This document shows, in pieces, positions 21,001-30,000 of a stretch of DNA of 64,000 nt. Within the stretch, counting starts at the first letter, position 1; each line of letters opens with the position of its first letter. The notes below the pieces were generated by a model. The model worked only from the letters and a program-made list of their open reading frames with translations. It ran no database searches and had not been told where the DNA came from. The translations under genes and the position numbers were made by a program. This DNA is from Clostridia bacterium (GTDB lineage Bacteria > Bacillota > Clostridia > Christensenellales > DTU072): the NCBI GenBank assembly GCA_017533005.1, contig JAFXIQ010000015.1, forward strand, positions 713-64,712, given 5' to 3'.

Positions 21001-24000
21001 GCGAACAGTCAATCACCATTCCTAGACGCTGTTGGCAAGCCCATCTTCGTTCCATGGGATAACTACGTAACAGGTTTCGAAAGCGCTGCAGAAGACCGCA
21101 ACGATGCTATAACCTATATTGAAGCTTGGGTATCTTCAGACATGATAAACGGTATATTCATGATGGTTAACAACATGATTCTACCTCTTATCGGTTATAA
21201 CCCAATCACACCTAACCAACAATATACGGCAGCAGACCTCTGCGCAATACCTGAAGGCACTAACGACGCTGATAAGAACCTACTAATGTACAACGGTATC
21301 TTCGATGAAAGCGACGATGAAAAGATTTACGACTACGTATACGCAAACGAAGGCGAATACGCATCTGTAATGAATGCATTCGGTGCTAGAATCGCCGGTG
21401 GCGTTTTGAGCACGGTCGTTAACTTGTTACCAGCGATAATAGGTCAAGATTGGATTAGTAAAATATTCGGCCTTGTACAAATGGTTCTTTACTCAATCGA
21501 AGCAGTAAGAGACATTCTCGACCAAGTAACAAGACTAATTTCACATATCTTGCCGTTAACGTTGGCGTACAACATGTATGCAGAAAAAGACCTTGAAAAC
21601 AGCCCGTTAACACAACAATCCGTTGTTGAAACCGTTGCTCGTGATAGTAACCGTCAAGCTATTACGAAAGACAACTTTGCAACGTCCGGACTCGTTGGTA
21701 CGCAAGTTGCAACGCAAGAAGATTTGAGAAATAGACAAATCGCTACAAACGTTGGCGATTTGGTATCGCACAGCGGAGCTTTGGCAAAAGACGTCAACTT
21801 AGTTGGTTACAACTATACGGGAATTACGACTTCTATCACACCCGTCACCAAGGCAACCGAGCCTAAACTAGACGACGACGGCGATATGCTAGAAGGCTAC
21901 TATCGTGATTTAGACTTCCACGATATGTCCGTCTATGCAAAGGTAGTCTTGAACTCTAACGTAACTACGCTCCTAGACAGAATAGTTCTATTCATCAATG
22001 GTGCTAGCTACGAAAACCACGATAAAGGCAAGATTAACGATGACTCCAAGTACTATCCGAACGGCACGCTACTTCGTGCAGATACCGTATTGTATGACGA
22101 AGAAGGACAACCTCTACCCGAGTACAAGGCTGTACACGAAATGGTTCAAAAGTGGATTGCAACCAACATCGTTAACTCTTACCTAGTTATCAACGATTAT
22201 CGTTACGAAACCAATGAAGGTGGCGTAACGACAAGAAGACTTGTTGGTACAACGTACGTACGTGACGTATTCGGTCACTTCGATGATATCGACTACGAAT
22301 ATGGTGATATTGCCTTCGTAACAGTCAATAACGAAGATGGTGAATTCCAATACTATGAATATCGCGAACTAACGCTAGCAGAAAAAGAAGTTGTTGACAT
22401 CATTTCTGCAAAGAACGACTGGTTCCTAGAAGTTGATATCAACAATACCGGCGTTGGTCTACGCGCAGTAACTTCACTTGGTGAACTATTCTACGCAGAA
22501 CCTAACGGCACGTCTCCGATGACTAGGACCTATTTGAACCCACCGGAAACCATTATCTTCCACGACCCATACAATATGCTCGACTTCACGGCATTCGGTG
22601 GAACGTGGGCAAATGAAGGCGGACACGGTGGCATTCGTCACAACGTCAACGAAGATGGTACTTATACGGTAACGGATATCACCAAGATTCTACCGAACCG
22701 TTGCCAAGCAACGTTCAAAGATGGTTCTTCGGACGACAGTACTGGCGTAACGGTTTACTGGGACTTCAGTGCAATCAACTGGAATACCCAAGCAGAAGAC
22801 GGTGCAGCAGGCCAAATCAAGGGCTACGTCGCTAATATGACGTTGTTCCAAGAAAGCGATGGCAAGACCGTTTCCAAGATTAACACAATCGTAGAAAAGG
22901 GCGTTGTGGTTGATCCCAACTCCACGCTACACATCGAATACGATGAAGCTCTAGGCAGATACGTTGAAGACGAAGACAACAACGAGAAGATTTTCGACCT
23001 ACCGGAAATCGACCCAATGAACTTCGACCTTGATGCTTACGTAAGCGCTCTACCCACACAATTTGCTTACGCAGCAAAGATGGAATACGTTATCGACGGC
23101 GTAAAACAAGTCTTCAAGTATTCAGACGGAACCGTTCAAGAATACGTTTTCAAACGTTACGTATTCAACAAGCTATCTTGGGACTTCTCGAAGACGGAAA
23201 TCAGTTACAAGGGCGGAACTGCTTACGCAGAACTAACCTACTGGTACGAACCTTCGACAAACAAAGACGGCGCAGTTAAGGGCGAAGCTTCCAAGAGAGT
23301 AACCGTAAAAGTTCCTGTCAGAGTTAAGAGTTATGAAGCGGTTAAGTTGAATTCAGTTTCTTCAAGCATCGGCTTGAACCTCTTCTACGAAGCTAACAAT
23401 ACTATGGTTGTAGCAATTTCTGCTTACAATGAAATAGATAGATTCGCAAACGTTACCAACGGTGCAAGCTTCAATATGGGCGACCACGTTGGCGCAAACA
23501 ACGAATATCTAAATCAACTATTGAACGGATACGGCTTCAACGTAAGCGGTAGCGAAACCATAGACGACGCATACTATAACAGCGAAGATAGTATCGTTTA
23601 CCTAATATACAACGACGTAACGGAAGCTAAATTCCTACAATACGTTGCAGAACTCAACAACAAACACGGCTACGAAATAACCGTAGCTACAGACGAAGGA
23701 TTGGCAGCAAGAGCGACGGCTTATAACGCTTCAATAGAAAATGCTACTGCGACTGTTGACCTAGATAAAGGTAACGCACTAGACAAGAGCAAAATTGACG
23801 AAGAGCTCGCTAAATTCGGTCAATTCACCAAGTATAACGGCACAGGTTCACTTGCAGGCCTATACAGAAACGATGAAATCGGCGTACTTTATGTTGAATA
23901 CACAGGCGTAAATGCAGCTAACTACTTGAGCTACGTTGAAACTCTTAATACAAGACACGCAATGAGCGAAAAGGTTAACCGCTTGTATGCAATCAACAGT

Positions 24001-27000
24001 ATGAGCAACGTTGAGTTCGTATATCGTCACACAAGCAAGGACGGCACCGTAAACACCTTCCTATCGAAGGACGAAACGATGATAGTTGCACTTGTAACGA
24101 GCCTAGTAGGCGATAGAATCGTTTACTACTACAACGGCGCTAACAAGGGTGGCTTCACCAAGGACTTCGACGGTGACACGTTAGTATTCAACCCGTTAGA
24201 TAACATCGACGTAAAGAGCGTTGTTTCTCAACTAAAGACTATTAGCTTGAGCTACAATACTTACGATGCAGACGGCAACGTTATTGTTGACGCAACGGGG
24301 GCTCCCGTTCTAGGTACCATCAAGAGATGGAAGATAACGGGAATTGAATATTCTTCACTAGACGAATACGACCCCAAAGAAATTACCGAACAAAAGTTCC
24401 CCGTAGTTATTACGGTTCAAGACGTTCTAGGTAATAAACAAAACATCACCATTTACGTTCAAGTTCTTGATAGACAAATCAAGGCTCATAACCTTGACAC
24501 GTTAATCCCGCAAGAAGTAAGAACAATTAATCCGTTCTCTGGCGCAGACTTCGCTCTACCGAGCGCATTCGAAGTAGATTACGGTTATGCGTTATTGACC
24601 TTGAAAGAAGGCAAAGATTTCGTATGGGAATACGACGTAGAAGAGAAGAAGAGCTTCAACTATCAAGGAACTACTGCTAATAGCTGGGAATACGTAATCA
24701 AAGCTGTTGTTGGCGAAGAAGGATACGAACAATACATTCCTATCACTTACACAATCAACAGAAGAATTCCTACCGGTGTTAAAGAAATAGCAATTTATCC
24801 GTACGCTTCTTATACTAGCGAAGACGAAGTATACAAGGGAGCAACCTTGAACAGCGAACAAGATGCTGAATTCTTCACCGGAAGCAGTAACGTAAACGAA
24901 CAAACCAAACTTTACTACCAAGTAACCAATGAAACCTTTGCTCGTGGCAACGGAACGACGTCTTGGGATTTCGTAACGGTTGACGAAGAAAAGGCAATCG
25001 TAGTTGACGGAATTAAGTACTACGAAAGCGTTGAATTCAAGAACGTATCTTACGACGGTGAAATCTATCACGTCAACGTTCTCTTCATAGACGAAATCTT
25101 CGGCAAACAAATCGTTAAGAACGTTCGTGTTAAACTACTCAAGACGACCGTAAGCTCGTTGAATATACCTGCTATGGAAATCAGCCCGTATTACTCAGAT
25201 GAAGATATCAACAAGATACTCTTCGAGAACGTAGGCAACATTTCTGCTAACGTATACGGCGTAGCTAACACCAAGCTATGGAACAAAGATGACGTAAGTG
25301 GCGCTAAAGCTGCATTCGATATCATTGGCTGGAGCTACGTAGACAAAAACGGCCTATATCCCGACGGCAGAGACGTAACGATTAACGTTGTAATCGGCAA
25401 CAAGGGTTATAAGGCAAACGACGTAGAAACACAAATCTGGTCGCAAGAATTACCATTCACGTTCACGAAAGCAGGTGGATATCTCAGCGACAAGACTGTT
25501 GCAGAAATAACGCCTATTACACAACCTGGTAGCTACAAGTTGTATAAGGATAACGCAGGCAAGTACGTCTTCGAAATCCAAGACCCATACACCTTCGAAC
25601 TACCCACAATGTTGAACGTGGTATTTAAAGACGGCGATAGCTACGATGTTCCGGTAGCTTACGATATGGGCGCAAATAAGGATAAGTTCTACACGTATGA
25701 ACATTCAACGCTAGAAGGCGCTATCATCGTCGGCACAACGATGATAAACAACAAAAACACAGTAGAAGTAACTTATATGAACGTCAATCCGAGAAAGGTT
25801 CTTGAGAACGGCATTAAGTACTTCTACGATGAAGCTCATACCAACGAATTTAGCGATAGCGACAAGACCTTCTACGCACTAGACGGCGTTGAACTACCCA
25901 AGTATGCAACCGTTGATTTGTACAACCAAGCTAATAGTAAAAACGAAACCTTGGAATTCGACGTTGAATGGACGTCGGTAACTACTTACAGCGCTAACAA
26001 GAGTGACTACGTAGAAGGCAAGAAAGAGCTAACGGCTACGGCAAAGATGGGCAATTCAGTCTTCGGTTACATTATCAACGAAGTTAAATTAACGGTAATT
26101 GAAGAACACGTATCCAATTACGTATTGAATAGCGATAGAGCTTATATCAATCCTTACTACGACGTCAAAGACCAAATTGTAGAAGCATTAGGCCTAATCG
26201 ATAACGGCGACGGCACCGTCGGAATCCTAGTAGATACCGTTGATGCAAAAGGCAATGCTTTAAGAAACGGCGTAAAAGTCGACGTTGCACTACCACAAAT
26301 CCCGATGGGATATCAAACGACTTCAAGCTATAACGTTGAACTCGGACTAGGTAGAACGGTTGACTTCGGTGGAGTAACGGCTATCGTAGACGATAAGAAT
26401 AACAAGTTAGGTACGTCAATAGAAGTTAGAGAATACGCTCCATTCATGGCAGTCGTTGAAGCTCGTGTAGCAATCGGTATCGAAACTTGGTACGGCGAAA
26501 ACGTTCTAACAGGCAGTGTTTATGAACAAATCGACTTCGCATCACTAGATACCAGCACCGTAATCGCAGTTGGTAGAGTAGATAGCGATCGCGACCTATT
26601 CGGTGGACAAGTTGGATACAAAGCAATAACTAGAGATTTCTTGGCAGAGGAAAAACTAGCTAACGTATGGCCGGAAGGCATCAATATTCTTGACGAAAGC
26701 CTAGAAGCTCTCAAGCTAAACGGCAGAATTATCGCAGTATATCAACATAACGATATTTACTACGTATGGTATCAAGGCGCATTGAATATCAAAGACGCTA
26801 AGTACCGTCAAGGAATAGCAGATGCAGGTTATCAATTAACCGAAACGGCTAACGGATATCATTCTTACAACAATGGTATTGCTATTGACGTAGCAAGCTA
26901 CGACGAAGGACTAACGATTCTATTCGAAAACGGTGCTTACGAAGATATAGACGTTGAATGGGATGTTTCTTCGTTGAGATACACCTTCTTGGGAGGCAAC

Positions 27001-30000
27001 CACAACGTAAAAGCTACGTTGAAGAAGGGCGACGCTCTACTAGAACAAACCTTCACGGTACGTGTAGACGTTAAACCGAGCAAGCTATATTCAATTAGCG
27101 TAACAAGCGCGGGACTAGCAAACAACAGCGTAGTAAGAACTGAATCAGGCAAGATTACGTCACTACAAGTCGACCCGTACGTTGGATTCGTAGGACTACC
27201 GGAAAAAGTCCTTGCATCATTCGACGGAACAGACGGATACGTAGAAGTCGCAGTTTCTTGGTCGTTCGAGAGAGCCCTTGCTAACATGACTACGCTAGGT
27301 GGCGAATTCAACAAAGATAACAATATGGCTGCAATCGCATCGATTTACGTAATGGTAGACGGTGTAAGAACGGCAATTCAATCGATTGAAATCCCCGTAG
27401 AAGTTATCAATAGAGAACTCATTAGCATCTACGTATTGAACAGCAAGACCAACAAGTACGAAGCATACACCGGTAGCTATGAAATCAATCCTTATGAAAC
27501 TCTATATAGTGAAGATTTCGATAGCACGGACTTCAGTTACTTCAGAAAGGTTCTACTCCGCGTTAAATCTCACGAAACCGATGGCGACTTGAGCCAAGGC
27601 AACCTCGTTGAAGGCAACACCACCGATAAGGAAATCGTCTTCGACTTGACGGCAAAGAACTACAAGTTTGTTGATAGCGAAACAGGTGGCAAGACCAACC
27701 TTGACAAGCTCTACACAGGACGCTTGATAACGGTTGAAATCGAAGCCTCTACCGGTAACGCTACGGCAGCTCGCGATGCAGTATTTAGCGAAGTATTCAT
27801 TACAAGAATTCTTGACATGAGATACGTATCCGGTTTGAATGAAGCATACTTCATCGACCCGTACGGAGTTCTAACAGGAAAAGACGTTGAAGAAGCTGGT
27901 TACGAAGGACTAGGCTTAAGATACGACGATAAGCTAAATATTTATGGCAAGACGGAATTCCCGGATAACAAACTTGTTGTAAACAACATTAACATCACAA
28001 CCGAAAAGATTACTTATCCCGCAACCGTAGAATTTGATACGAGCGACGCTTATACCAAGTTCGTTGATGGTAAGGCAAAAGGTGAAATCGACTTCTCTGG
28101 TGGACGTGCAAAACTATACGCGACACTCGGTAATGAAATCGGTGGATACCAAAGAATAGAAATTCCTGTAATCTACGTTGACAGAACCATTAAGCAACTA
28201 TTCACAACTACAGAAAGTGCTTATGCAAACGACACGGACGAAAACGGCAACCCCGTAACGATGCACTTCAAGTTCGACCCGTTCGACGTATACGATGCAA
28301 CGAAGATTTACCCACAAAGCGGAACCAACGTAATCTTTACGGACAATTCAAGGACAACGTTCGGCACGACTGGCTTAAGCGTAGAATGGAATGACGAAAA
28401 AGTAGCAGTTTCTTACAGAGGAAGCGAAAAGAACAACTACGTCAAGGCAACGGTCAGCTACAATGGCAAGTTCGAACAAGTCTTGAAGTTCTCGGTACTA
28501 GTTTATGATAGAACGGTAACGGGCTTCACCGACGTTTACAAGTATATAACCGACGAAAACGGAAATAGAAAGTACAAGGTCAAGACCGACTATGCTGGCA
28601 ACATCGTATATCAAACGGATGAAGAAGGCAACGTCTTGAAAGACGAAAACGGCAACCCGATTCCTGAATACGTTCTAGATAGCGACGGCAACAAGGTTTA
28701 TGAGACACCTATCATTCAACCTTACAAGTACCTATCATCTACAGACCTAATGAACGATATTGTAAACGATATCTTCAGAACGAACTCAGCATTCACCATT
28801 TACTTCGGTAATATGGGCGCAGACAGCGATAAGTATGCAATCACCTTCACGCTAGGCGCAACGGCATCTTCATTCGTACTAGCAACGGATGCTCCGAATA
28901 AAGACCTTGCTCTAACGACAGGCGACGAAAGCCTAGTAATGAGATTCGTAGCAGATTCAGCTAGAGGCATCTCTTACAAGGGCAAAGACGCTAGATTCTA
29001 CATCACGATACCTGGCTTCGGTATGGGAACAAGTGGTAGACAAGTAGCAACATTCGACGTTGAATGCGCAGAATCTTACATCTTAGGAATTAGATTCCAA
29101 GATAGCGAAGGCAACTATACGATGGACTTCGAACGCTGGCTCAATGCAAACGATGATATCGATAGCGACGACATCGTTATCATGAGAAAGGAAGATGCTG
29201 AATTCTACGATACGTATTACATCCATCAACCATACATGTTCATCAATAGAGGCGGTGTACTCCTACCAGAAACGGCAATGCTTTACGTAGGTAAGAAAGA
29301 CGGCAATATAGAAGACCCCGCAACTTATACGGCGGTAACCGACACCTACTGGTCGAATATGTTTAACGGAAGAGCACGTATTAAGTACAACGAGAATACG
29401 GCGTCCACGACATTCCAAGTAGACTTAGATTATCAAAACTACGCACTTGAGTTTATCGTAAACGATGCTTGGGCATTAACGAACGACGTAGTCTTCGACG
29501 AAGATACGCTCTACGGAAGAGAAGAAGTTATCTTGATGCCTACGCAAAACAAAGTATCCGCTCAATACAAGAGCCAAGTAGCGATACTAGAAGGCACGCA
29601 AGTAGGTGAAGATGATAACGGTAGCGTAATCTATGCAAACGATAGCTTCATAATCACTTACATGAGTGGAGAAACCACAATCGGAGCTGTAGAATTTGGA
29701 CCTATCTCATCGAGCGGAAACAACAAGAATATGGTCAACAAGTGGAACTTCGAAGACGTTGACTGGGATGCAGATAGAAGTGAAAAACAATATGCAACCT
29801 TGAAGCTAGGTGGCGAAGGCGGACAAGTAATTAGATGGGGCTTCAGAGTAGATAAGGACAAGAAACTCGTTAACAACTCTGTTGCAACGCTACATTCAAT
29901 GGAAGAAGGTCAAACAGTCACCTTAGATCGCACGTACAAGCAACTATTCGGTGGTTCGACACTCGCTAAGAGCCCGTCAATCTTCATTGATTACACGTCA

